30,882 nucleotides of DNA from a virus (IMGVR_UViG_3300029171_000034:1-30882); one strand, 5' to 3'; numbered from the stretch's first letter, positions 16,215-25,556 are shown. Numbers and translations are program-made. The notes: generated by a model from the sequence alone, not told the origin.

Positions 16215-18284
16215 ATGCTAGCTGGTACACCGAGAATTTCAGGCGGTTCAGGAGGCTCATCTTCTGGAGTTGAATCATTAAACGGACTAACAGGTGCGGT
16301 TACTTTGAGTGAAGGTCAGAATATATCATTGAATGAATCAGGCTCAGATATTGAGATAAATGCCAATTTCACCCAAATGGGTAAGTATATGATATCAGGA
16401 GGTGTCACTTGGTCAGGTACAGGTCTAGTATATGACGTATCATTCTTAACTTATTTCTTTAATGGAAATAAAACAGCAGATCCAGATTCTGTTACACTGG
16501 CTGCTTCTGACCCATCCAATAACCGTTTTGACGCAGTGGTTGTAGATGAAGCAGGAGTGATATCAGTAATTACTGGTACAGCATCATCAAGTCCAGAGGT
16601 ACCACCAATTCCAGATGACCAACTACAGGTAACTATTATTCTTGTAGAGGCTGGATCAACAACTCCGACTATTGCTAGCGAAAATATTTACTTAGATGAC
16701 CCAACAAGTGGTTGGACATTCTCAACATATGACACTGCAAGTCCAGCAACTGGAACCATTAACTTCGCAGGTACAAACTCACCAAAGCAAGGTACAGAAT
16801 GTATTGAGGCAAGTACTGACTTACGCAGAGGTGCAAGATTTGTGCGAGGTACATCGTTTGATGCTTTCCAATATACAATTTTTCAAGTGTGGGTACGCTT
16901 CACTGGTTCAAATGTAGCTACTAATAAGTCACTCAATGTACGTTTTGAGAACAGCGCAGGAACTCTTGTTGCAAATACTGTAAATCTGTTTAACTATGGG
17001 CTACAACGTAACGTGCTAAACACTTGGCAACTTGTAGTAGTACCAATTACAGCATTTGGTGCACTTCCAGCAACTGTAAAAGGATTAAAAATGATTATGG
17101 CAGGAGGAACAGTAGGAGTAGTGCGACAATGGGATGTCGACTATATGATACTAACCAACGGTTCAGTACCGTTTGCAAACGTACCAACTATCAACTTTGC
17201 TAAAAACGGTACAATCATTGCAGCACAGCCTGGCTTGAACCTCATTGAAGGAACTGGAGTAACTATTACAGCTACAAACAATCCTACAAATAATCGAGTT
17301 GATTACACACTCAATGCAATTGGTGGAGGTCCAGCGGGTTCAAACAGACAAATCCAATATAACAATGCAGGAGTATTTGGTGCAGATAGTAACTTTACTC
17401 GAAATGCATCTACTCAAGCTACTTTAATAAAAGCTGGAACAGTTACAGATTACGGACAGATTTCTTTAGATAATAATGACGTTACACTCACTACATCATT
17501 TAACGGCGGTTCAGATTTTAGTCAAATAAAATCTGGAACATTAAGCACATCAATGAGTTATTCTGTTGGTGGAATTGCAAACACTTTTTCGATTGACGGC
17601 TCGTCTATAGTTGGAATTGTTTCAGATGGTACACAAAATGGAAGAAGTTCTATTCAAACTGGTTCATCTTTGATTTCAGCAACAAATGAAGTAGATTCTT
17701 CATTTGCAAGATTTAGAACGATAACAACAGCAGCTAGTGCCACTTATTTTGACGGTGTGTCTAAAACAAACGGTTTCACAGTAGACGCAACTGGAATGGT
17801 TCTTGGTAACTTTGCTGGTGGTAATGGAACCCAAATCATAGTTGATGAAACTACAGATACGATAGGATTTGTCGCAGACGGCACCACAACCTATTCATCA
17901 GACATTCCACAGTCAATTCAAGTTACTGTATCAGATACAGACATGAAGGCGGTTGTAACTGGACCAACACCATACCAACTTATTGCAGCACCTGGTGCAG
18001 GAAAATTCATTCAAATATTATCACTTGTAACATTTCTTGATTATAATACAACACCATATGACTTTGATGGACTATCTGGACTCGATGTGATGTTTCCATC
18101 TGGTTCTGGAATAGCTGTAGGAACTTTTCAGGAAACAAGTTCAACAATACTTCAAAAAAACAATTTTAATGGGTTTATCATAGAAAACGAACCAATAAAC
18201 TTAACACAGGGGGATTCAACAACTGTGACACAAGGAGATTCTCCTGTAACCTTCTACATCACATATAAAATTGTAACACTGTAA
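16215..18284 (+). CDS. Fibre/spike protein with putative carbohydrate-binding domain
   Basis: VESLNGLTGAVTL fibre motif, ASDPSNNRFD module, CBM-like NTWQLVVVPITAF, GSNRQIQYNNAG.FG module, C-terminal LIAAPGAGK domain. Confidence 0.7.
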   Translation: MLAGTPRISGGSGGSSSGVESLNGLTGAVTLSEGQNISLNESGSDIEINANFTQMGKYMISGGVTWSGTGLVYDVSFLTYFFNGNKTADPDSVTLAASDPSNNRFDAVVVDEAGVISVITGTASSSPEVPPIPDDQLQVTIILVEAGSTTPTIASENIYLDDPTSGWTFSTYDTASPATGTINFAGTNSPKQGTECIEASTDLRRGARFVRGTSFDAFQYTIFQVWVRFTGSNVATNKSLNVRFENSAGTLVANTVNLFNYGLQRNVLNTWQLVVVPITAFGALPATVKGLKMIMAGGTVGVVRQWDVDYMILTNGSVPFANVPTINFAKNGTIIAAQPGLNLIEGTGVTITATNNPTNNRVDYTLNAIGGGPAGSNRQIQYNNAGVFGADSNFTRNASTQATLIKAGTVTDYGQISLDNNDVTLTTSFNGGSDFSQIKSGTLSTSMSYSVGGIANTFSIDGSSIVGIVSDGTQNGRSSIQTGSSLISATNEVDSSFARFRTITTAASATYFDGVSKTNGFTVDATGMVLGNFAGGNGTQIIVDETTDTIGFVADGTTTYSSDIPQSIQVTVSDTDMKAVVTGPTPYQLIAAPGAGKFIQILSLVTFLDYNTTPYDFDGLSGLDVMFPSGSGIAVGTFQETSSTILQKNNFNGFIIENEPINLTQGDSTTVTQGDSPVTFYITYKIVTL

Positions 18285-18376
18285 GACAACTAAGTTAATG
18301 TTTAGTTTCTATTCACACCATAGATAGAAACTAACTCTTGGTTTTCTTATCAGTCTTATGACTGGAATATTAATAA
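18273..18376 (+). repeat. Structured repeat element, copy 1
   Basis: GTAACACTGTAAGACAACT-[hairpin with perfect 11-bp TTAGTTTCTAT/ATAGAAACTAA]-GTTTTCTTATCAGTC-TTAT-GACTGGAATATTAATAA. Confidence 0.8.
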
Positions 18377-18394
18377 ATTATTAACTCAATCATT

Positions 18395-20866
18395 ATGGCA
18401 TCACAAAATAGTCTAAAAAACTTTGACCCAGCTATATCTCAAGGGTTTCCTGTAAACTTAGCCAATCTCGACACGGATGGTGCTCTTAATGGTCAAGTTA
18501 TAACTTATTCTAGTTTACAGAATTCATGGGTACCAGGTTCTGGAGGAGGTGGAGGAGGAATGACAATTGGAGAGGCTATTGGTGGCGGTACAGCAAAAGA
18601 AGTCCTTTATACGGACAACTCGGGTGATCTGTTTTCAGATTCAGGATTTACTCGTGATTCATCAACATTGGAAACACAAATCTTGCGACAATACACCAAT
18701 GGAGCAAGCGAAGATGTAGAGACAGGATTCAAAACCCTTTCAGACATTGGTACTGGATTTCCAGGCTCGTTCCTGCGCTGGAGCGATACTGCAGGAAACC
18801 AAGTAAACATGGGAACCATTGATGGTGAAGGATTTGGAATTGACACTGGACTTTTTCTAACACAGGCAACAGATGCTGCAGGAAACTCGAACAGCATCAC
18901 TGGGTACGCACAGGGCGGTCAATGGCTTCTTGAAAACAATGTAGGAGCTAATGCCCAGATTGGAATGGCTGCAACAAATATCAACCTTCTCTTGAATAAT
19001 GGTGGAGTAGGCGATGATGATTATGGCTTCAAATTGAGCGGTGAAAATGTCGAGTGGACTAAAGGTGGAATGGATTATCGACTGCCTTCAGGAACACCGA
19101 GTATAGGACAAGTAATCTCTGTAGATAGCATATCTGGTAGTAACGTGAACCTTGTATTTTCAGACCCATCAGGTGGCGGAGTGGAGCTTGGAGGTGCAAC
19201 ATCATTGTTTACTGACAACATGATTCAGTTCATTGATACAGGTGGGGTGCAGGGTGGAAGTTCCTTATTTACATGGCAAAGTGACATAAGTGCATTTATT
19301 GCACAGAACAACTTTGCTTCGTTCATGAGACCTATTGTCTTTACTGGTGGAGGTCTTGATGATATGACAAACGGTGGTACATACACTGGTCAATATACAA
19401 GAACTGTAAAGATTGAAATTGATTCAGCTCTTACGACAGTCGAATACAATAACTCGACTGGTGGAAATATCAATTATGGAGACAATGTTACGTTCTCTGT
19501 TTCAGGAGCAATAGGGCAAGTCTATGCTAACAATTTCACTGATGAAATTGCGGTATATATTACCAATGGGATCAGCCCGACAGCGGGAGATGTCATTGAC
19601 AATGGTGCAGGCCAGACAGTTGATTATGTTTCGACAATAAGCGTTGTTGATACGTTCTCATACTTCATAGACGATGTATTGCAATTAGCTCGTATTGAAA
19701 TAACAGGTGCTCCACAAATTCCTGATGACGGAATGTTTATCGAATTTGCATCTCTAAATTCACACACGATTGGAAATTACTGGACATTCGATGCAGTCCA
19801 ATATCAGGACACGCAGCTTACAAACAGATTCAATCTAAGTTCTATATTTGGTGGAGTTGATGCATATGTTACAGGTTCAGTATTTGAAAACGGTGCCGAG
19901 GGAATTGTCTCATACAACGGACTCTTCCAAACTCCAGGTTCAGGGATAATTCCATTGCCAACTCTCGGTTTTGGTCGCTCAACCACAGGAGAATCTTATT
20001 CCGCGGGCTTTGAGCCTAACGGAGTGAATGACTACCTATGGTCAACATCAATAACAAACGGGTCTTCGATTACATCAGGCTTTATACAGACCGCTAATGG
20101 ATTCCAGTTTAGTTCAGACGGAACATTCTCTGTCCGAAGAAATAATGAAGACGAATTATTCCGAGTAGAAAGCAACGACGGAATAATCAAGGCAGGTGAC
20201 ATATTGAATGATACTACCTTGATGGAAATTAACCTCGATGACAACACGATTGAGTTTAATACAACTGGACGCTTTGAAATCAATAGTGACGGCAATCAGT
20301 TCTTCAATCTCGACGGAAGCGATGCAACTCTTGGAGACATTGCAGACGGCTTTGGTGGGCTTGGAATACTTACGTTTGATAATGACAATCAGATAAGTTG
20401 GTGGGGAGACTCAGACAACTCTGGGACTGGTGCAATCATCCGACTGGACAGGCTGAACGGAATCATCGAGGGAATCGCATCTGCTCAAATGCTCTGGTCA
20501 AGTTCTGGTTCAATCGGACTAACTGCTCCAATCATAAATATTTCAGGTGCAGTATCAACACCGACTATGGAGACAAGCACTGGTGGCGGTCATACGATGG
20601 CAGCAGGATATGCAGGACTGTATTATGACCCTGCATCAGTAGAAGCGACTGCAACAATTGATTTACCTGCTTCACCTGTAGACGGTCAGGAAACGACAAT
20701 CTACTTCGGTGGAACAATTACCACTGGAAACCCCGTAATTGCCGCACTCACGCTCAATGCAGGTGCAAATTCAATTATTGGAAATGTGCCTCCAGGAGCA
20801 GATTCAGGAAACGTCCTGAAGTTCAAATATCGAACAGCGAACACTACTTGGTATCGCGATAACTAA
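18395..20866 (+). CDS. Large acidic Gly-rich fibre/spike protein
   Basis: 823 aa, G/S/D/T-rich beta composition, poly-Gly linkers, C-terminal LPASPVDGQ...FKYR..NTTWYR fibre-tip-type motif. Confidence 0.72.
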   Translation: MASQNSLKNFDPAISQGFPVNLANLDTDGALNGQVITYSSLQNSWVPGSGGGGGGMTIGEAIGGGTAKEVLYTDNSGDLFSDSGFTRDSSTLETQILRQYTNGASEDVETGFKTLSDIGTGFPGSFLRWSDTAGNQVNMGTIDGEGFGIDTGLFLTQATDAAGNSNSITGYAQGGQWLLENNVGANAQIGMAATNINLLLNNGGVGDDDYGFKLSGENVEWTKGGMDYRLPSGTPSIGQVISVDSISGSNVNLVFSDPSGGGVELGGATSLFTDNMIQFIDTGGVQGGSSLFTWQSDISAFIAQNNFASFMRPIVFTGGGLDDMTNGGTYTGQYTRTVKIEIDSALTTVEYNNSTGGNINYGDNVTFSVSGAIGQVYANNFTDEIAVYITNGISPTAGDVIDNGAGQTVDYVSTISVVDTFSYFIDDVLQLARIEITGAPQIPDDGMFIEFASLNSHTIGNYWTFDAVQYQDTQLTNRFNLSSIFGGVDAYVTGSVFENGAEGIVSYNGLFQTPGSGIIPLPTLGFGRSTTGESYSAGFEPNGVNDYLWSTSITNGSSITSGFIQTANGFQFSSDGTFSVRRNNEDELFRVESNDGIIKAGDILNDTTLMEINLDDNTIEFNTTGRFEINSDGNQFFNLDGSDATLGDIADGFGGLGILTFDNDNQISWWGDSDNSGTGAIIRLDRLNGIIEGIASAQMLWSSSGSIGLTAPIINISGAVSTPTMETSTGGGHTMAAGYAGLYYDPASVEATATIDLPASPVDGQETTIYFGGTITTGNPVIAALTLNAGANSIIGNVPPGADSGNVLKFKYRTANTTWYRDN

Positions 20867-20874
20867 CACTACCT

Positions 20875-20979
20875 ATGAAAAAAACATTCGGACAGATCGT
20901 CGCATCGCTTATTGGCAAACTGCTTGGATTCAAGCAGAAAGCCGATGAGGAAAAAGCGCGTGAAGAGGAAGACAATTAA
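20875..20979 (+). CDS. 34-aa amphipathic peptide (not in ORF track)
   Basis: MKKTFGQIVASLIGKLLGFKQKADEEKAREEEDN; T-ATG start 8 nt after the upstream stop. Confidence 0.55.
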   Translation: MKKTFGQIVASLIGKLLGFKQKADEEKAREEEDN

Positions 20980-20983
20980 CCTT

Positions 20984-21086
20984 GTTACTCTGTAGGGCAA
21001 CTGTATATCGACTATGCATTTGAGCAATCAACTGTATAGAGATATGGGTTTTCCTATCAGTCTCGCAAGGGCTGGATTATTAATAA
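20984..21086 (+). repeat. Structured repeat element, copy 2
   Basis: GTTACTCTGTAGGGCAACT-[long hairpin capped by TTGA-GCAA-TCAA]-GTTTTCCTATCAGTC-TCGCAAG-GGCTGGATTATTAATAA. Confidence 0.8.
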
Positions 21087-21098
21087 TAGTTTGTACAT

Positions 21099-21428
21099 AT
21101 GCAAGATTTACCACCATACTTCAAAGAGTATTTTGAAGAAAAATTCGATAATCTTAATGCTAATATAAAAGATTTGTCGGCAAATTATGACAATAAAATA
21201 GGTGTTCTAGAAAAAGACGTTAGATTCTTGAATCAGAAGTATTGGATAGCACTTGGAGCATTGACCATAATATCCATAGTTGGTGGTACATTTGCATTTA
21301 TGTTCAAAGAACTCAACAAGAGGCAGATTATAGATGCTATAGGGGAGCAGATAACCCCAGTAAAAAAGGATGTAGATTTAATACAAAAAACATTATCAGA
21401 TTATGACATAAAGGTGCACAAATATTAA
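21099..21428 (+). CDS. Coiled-coil plus single-TM membrane protein (holin/lysis-accessory-like)
   Basis: Coiled coil, then WIALGALTIISIVGGTFAFMF TM segment. Confidence 0.6.
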   Translation: MQDLPPYFKEYFEEKFDNLNANIKDLSANYDNKIGVLEKDVRFLNQKYWIALGALTIISIVGGTFAFMFKELNKRQIIDAIGEQITPVKKDVDLIQKTLSDYDIKVHKY

Positions 21429-21432
21429 TTAT

Positions 21433-21579
21433 ATGAATTCCAAGATGAAAGCATTACAAAATGCAATGGGGAAGAAAGGTGAGATTATCTTTACCCCGAA
21501 AAAGAAGATTGGAGAGATTATCTTCACAAAAAAGAAGCCAATTACGGCTCCAAAGAAAGACGGTGCAATTATTGTTTAA
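21433..21579 (+). CDS. 48-aa Lys-rich peptide with GEIIFT repeats (not in ORF track)
   Basis: MNSKMKALQNAMGKKGEIIFTPKKKIGEIIFTKKKPITAPKKDGAIIV; fills the gap between neighbours. Confidence 0.65.
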   Translation: MNSKMKALQNAMGKKGEIIFTPKKKIGEIIFTKKKPITAPKKDGAIIV

Positions 21580-21590
21580 TCAAAAGTATT

Positions 21591-23522
21591 ATGACTGAAA
21601 ATGCTTACATAGATGATAATAGTAGGAATACCCTTACCGCTATTGCTAGTGATGGTAGTGGCGAAATATACAATTTAAGGTCAAATCCTATCACAAAAGC
21701 ATTGCTTGTCGAAGCAGATGTTCTTTCGACCAACACGGATATCGGCAGTACTATTCTTGGGGGTACAGAAGGGTCAATCTTATTCATTGGACCAGGATCA
21801 ACACTTTCACAAGATAATGACAACTTATTCTGGGACGATACAAATAATTTTCTAGGACTTGGCACTATGGCATTACCTCTCGCAACACTCCATGTTGACG
21901 GTTCTTTAAAGTTCGATTTAGGTGGAGACCAAACAGGAGATATGTATTTTCGTAATTCTTCTGGATTCATAGAAGCATTACCTATTGGCTCTGATGGGGA
22001 AATACTAGTTGTCAGTTCTGGTATTCCCTCCTGGTCAACTACTGGTGGTTCAACAGGATACAATCTTTTCCAAAACGAAGGAGTATCGGTTACACAAAGA
22101 ACAACAGTGAACCTCTCTAACCTTCTCACTGCATCAGACGTTGGTGGAAAAACAGCTCTTACTATTAATGTCACAAACCTTGCTAATAACAGCACATTTC
22201 TGAGTAATCTTAATCTCAACGATATCTCTGGACAAATTGACCTTACTACACAGGTATCTGGAGTATTACCTGTACCAAATGGTGGAACAGGTGCATCATC
22301 ATTGACAGGTATTTTAAAAGGTAATGGAACAAGTGCAGTGAGTGCAGTTACGATATCTCAGGGAGACCTTTTTTATGGCTCAGCATCCAATGTTCTCACA
22401 GCGCTTCCAAAAGACACTTCATCTACTCGATATTTATCGAATCAGGGCACTGGTAATAATCCATCTTGGAATCAAGTAAATTTAACTAATGGTGTAACAG
22501 GATTGTTACCCGCCGCAAATATAGATATAAGTAATCTAGAAAGTAACCTAGACCTAGCAAATATCTCTGGACAAATTGACCTTACTACACAGGTTACTGG
22601 GGTATTACCACTAGCTAATGGTGGAACAGGTTCCAATCTTTCAGACCCAGGGGCTAATAAAATAGTCGGGTGGGACGATACCGATAATTCAATAGGTTTC
22701 TGGACTATTGGTACAGGTTTATCATACGACCACTCCACACACACACTATCATCCTCTTCCAATAGCCTTTATGTGACCCCCAACTATAATCTCGTAGATA
22801 CCGTCATTGGTAAATCTGCTTTGGAATTATCAGATGGTACATTTTTCATGTTTACCCCAACAGGTTCTGGATTTGTGAACTATTCGATATCATCTGACAA
22901 AACAAAGGTGTATAAGATGACAATTGCGTATACTTCTGGGAGTAACTACAATCTAACTCTGGAGGAATATACTGGTAATGCAAACGGGGCTATAGGTACC
23001 TTAGCTAATACTTACACTGGTAGCGGTTCTCATACTGTCGGTAACAATAATTACTCTGGCGCATTGTTTGTTAACGGAACTTCTGTTTTTGTTCCGTTGG
23101 CGAATGGTACTGCATCAACTAAATACACTGAGTACACGATATCTGGTGCATCGCTAACATCTCCTGTTATTACTAACCTGGATTATGAGCCAACAAACTC
23201 AAACTATTTGAATTTCTATTGGTTCCATGATGGTACAAATTATTTTATCTGGAACAATGGCGGCTCTACTGGCAACGTAAGAAAATTCTCATACTCTGCA
23301 GGTACATTTACTCCAGTCAGTGCATCTTCAGGAATTTCCTCATATTTGTCTACTCAATCATTGTCTTCAAATGCAGGAGTCAACATACTATTTATTAACT
23401 ACTTTAAGATATTAACTGGTAAGATTGTCAACTTCACATCATTGAAAACGTCGGCAAGTACTCTTTCGACACCAGTTTGGGTATCTGGAGTATTGTTAGC
23501 TAATAATGTGTCAGCACCATAA
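21591..23522 (+). CDS. Tail fibre / receptor-binding protein
   Basis: WDDTNNFLGLGT..P..TLHV.G, GVLPxxNGGTG repeats, GDLFY modules; aromatic S/T/N-rich C-terminal head domain. Confidence 0.78.
   Translation: MTENAYIDDNSRNTLTAIASDGSGEIYNLRSNPITKALLVEADVLSTNTDIGSTILGGTEGSILFIGPGSTLSQDNDNLFWDDTNNFLGLGTMALPLATLHVDGSLKFDLGGDQTGDMYFRNSSGFIEALPIGSDGEILVVSSGIPSWSTTGGSTGYNLFQNEGVSVTQRTTVNLSNLLTASDVGGKTALTINVTNLANNSTFLSNLNLNDISGQIDLTTQVSGVLPVPNGGTGASSLTGILKGNGTSAVSAVTISQGDLFYGSASNVLTALPKDTSSTRYLSNQGTGNNPSWNQVNLTNGVTGLLPAANIDISNLESNLDLANISGQIDLTTQVTGVLPLANGGTGSNLSDPGANKIVGWDDTDNSIGFWTIGTGLSYDHSTHTLSSSSNSLYVTPNYNLVDTVIGKSALELSDGTFFMFTPTGSGFVNYSISSDKTKVYKMTIAYTSGSNYNLTLEEYTGNANGAIGTLANTYTGSGSHTVGNNNYSGALFVNGTSVFVPLANGTASTKYTEYTISGASLTSPVITNLDYEPTNSNYLNFYWFHDGTNYFIWNNGGSTGNVRKFSYSAGTFTPVSASSGISSYLSTQSLSSNAGVNILFINYFKILTGKIVNFTSLKTSASTLSTPVWVSGVLLANNVSAP
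22222..22594 (+). repeat. 34-bp exact direct repeat within the fibre gene (22222-22255 and 22561-22594)
   Basis: ATATCTCTGGACAAATTGACCTTACTACACAGGT twice, 339 bp apart, with imperfect similarity for about 35 bp more. Confidence 0.9.
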
Positions 23523-23528
23523 AAATAT

Positions 23529-25073
23529 ATGGCCAGAATACCACAAACACTTTTTATAAATGAGTTCCAAAAAGGGGCATCCGAGAATGCTTCTATTGGT
23601 GTTGGTTCACTTGTGGGAGTTGAAACCTATAGTAAGAAGGGCGTGGCTCAATTGACAAAAGACACAACAAAAGTATCTGGTTCAGTTGTCACTGACTTAG
23701 TTACATGTTTTTCGGCAAAGGATCAGGACAATATTTTCGGACAAGGGGATACAGGTAAAGTATATAAGTCAACCGATGGAGGACTCACTTGGATTGACAT
23801 TTCCCCAGGAGTTCTTGGAACAGGACATGGAATCGTATTCTACGAAAACTATTTATTAGCATTTCGAGGAAGTTCAGTTGACTACTTAGCGAGTCCGTAT
23901 ACGTCGTCAGATTGGACACAAGGGTGGCTGACTGGTCTGGACACAGCAAACGTGATAACGCACTTCCCATTTATCTTTCCAGGCAACAACACCGTATATT
24001 TTGCAAATATGAACAAAGTGGGACGGATAGGTTTAGGTACTGGTCCAACTTTTGACCCAGCAACTCCTGGGACTGGTTATAGTTATTCCCTAGCCGCCAT
24101 AACACTACCGAGCTTTTATGTAATTAACTGTATTTCTTTCCTACCAGGTAATTATCTAGTATTGGGAACCAGTTCGGTTAACCAATTACAAGTTGCTGAC
24201 ATAATAAAATGGAATCCTAATTTATCTACTTACGAGACACCATTGCGCCTCTATGGAACTGTTAACGGAGGTGTAAGACAGTTAATCAATAGAAATAACA
24301 TTCTCTATGCAGTTACTAGTGGTTCGACTTGTATTTTTGAAACGAACGGCACAACATTTAATCAAGTGGCTGATTTATCTCTGAGAACAAATATACGCTC
24401 TGTAAATGGTGCACAACAAACACAACCGATACTATTATTTCCACATCCATATGCTATTAGTGTATTCGGAAATAAATTATTGACAGGTATAGGAGTGAAC
24501 AACTCTTATACGCCAGATGGATACTTTCCTGCAGGAGTGTGGAGTGTAGCATTCACGGACGAAGGCCAGGCTGTACAATGTGAGTATACTATCTCTACTG
24601 GGACAGTCGTTGCAACTACTAATTACGATATTGGCGCAATATTTCCATTAGCAGACGGATTCTTTAGTAAAACATCTTTACTCTCATGGAGGGATGGTAA
24701 TAACTATGGTATAGATGGGGTTGAATTATATTTCTATCAGAACAACATAAATGATGTTATAATAGAGAGTGAAATGATGGAGATAGGTACGCCACTCGAA
24801 CCAGCAGTTGTACAGAACTTACAGATAAACCTCACTAGAAACTTAATTCCTGGACAGTTTATTGATGTATATTACAGAACATCATTTGACCAAGATTTTA
24901 CATTGATGCAGTCATTTGACCCGACAATAGATGGTTCTAGTACTGGATACAAAATATTAAAAAACTCAATAGGTCAAACCAGATTTGTACAGTTTCAGAT
25001 AAAAATGAAGACTGGTACAGACAATGCAAGCCGTCAATTAACTCCAGAGATACGAAATATTATCATCCAATAA
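23529..25073 (+). CDS. Tail hub/nozzle-like beta-propeller protein
   Basis: 514 aa beta-rich, Asp-box YKSTDGGLTW, C-terminal FVQFQIKM....TPEI..I domain typical of podovirus hub proteins. Confidence 0.65.
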   Translation: MARIPQTLFINEFQKGASENASIGVGSLVGVETYSKKGVAQLTKDTTKVSGSVVTDLVTCFSAKDQDNIFGQGDTGKVYKSTDGGLTWIDISPGVLGTGHGIVFYENYLLAFRGSSVDYLASPYTSSDWTQGWLTGLDTANVITHFPFIFPGNNTVYFANMNKVGRIGLGTGPTFDPATPGTGYSYSLAAITLPSFYVINCISFLPGNYLVLGTSSVNQLQVADIIKWNPNLSTYETPLRLYGTVNGGVRQLINRNNILYAVTSGSTCIFETNGTTFNQVADLSLRTNIRSVNGAQQTQPILLFPHPYAISVFGNKLLTGIGVNNSYTPDGYFPAGVWSVAFTDEGQAVQCEYTISTGTVVATTNYDIGAIFPLADGFFSKTSLLSWRDGNNYGIDGVELYFYQNNINDVIIESEMMEIGTPLEPAVVQNLQINLTRNLIPGQFIDVYYRTSFDQDFTLMQSFDPTIDGSSTGYKILKNSIGQTRFVQFQIKMKTGTDNASRQLTPEIRNIIIQ

Positions 25074-25075
25074 AT

Positions 25076-25552
25076 ATGAATAATCTAACTCGGAATGACG
25101 TCGACGAAATGATTGACACAAAATTAAATTCCTTTAGTAACATGACAGTCCCTACGCATGTTCATAACGGTATTGATTCACCATTTATCAACTACACAAA
25201 CTATTTAGGTATCGGCATTCAGTATTATGATGCTAATAATCCTGACACTGTATTGGCCGTAATGGGTGATACACAATTCGATGGTAGTATTAGTATATCT
25301 GACACTCTGAATATACTAGAGGGAGTTAACAAAAGCATGGGGGTGGTTACATTAGTCGGAGGGACCGCTACTGTGCTTACAAGTTTAGTAACTGCTGATT
25401 CTAGAATCTTTCTAACAGTACAAGGAGGGATATTAACGAACGTTGGGTTCCAATATGTTAGTACTAGAACTCCTGGAACGTCTTTTACAATAACATCATC
25501 AGATACGCTCGATGTATCAGATGTTGCATGGATTATTATAGAACCACAATAA
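25076..25552 (+). CDS. Small tail protein
   Basis: H.HNGIDSP motif and GVVTLVGGT.TV...SRIFLT...GTSFTITSS..D.S.VAW.IIEP domain. Confidence 0.65.
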   Translation: MNNLTRNDVDEMIDTKLNSFSNMTVPTHVHNGIDSPFINYTNYLGIGIQYYDANNPDTVLAVMGDTQFDGSISISDTLNILEGVNKSMGVVTLVGGTATVLTSLVTADSRIFLTVQGGILTNVGFQYVSTRTPGTSFTITSSDTLDVSDVAWIIIEPQ

Positions 25553-25556
25553 TTAT

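Noticed and set aside
20864-20995. Readthrough of ORF 18395 to the in-frame VTL-stop in repeat copy 2
   Set aside because: Two stops (TAA, then TGA) intervene; a frame match has a 1-in-3 chance.
18273-21086. Integron attC sites
   Set aside because: AAC...GTT ends are present but do not fit RYYYAAC/GTTRRRY, no integrase is in the window, and the pairing relies on G-U, favouring an RNA role.
16215-23522. Diversity-generating retroelement or invertase shufflon acting on fibre tips
   Set aside because: No reverse transcriptase or recombinase, no adenine-specific TR/VR pair and no inverted tip cassettes seen.
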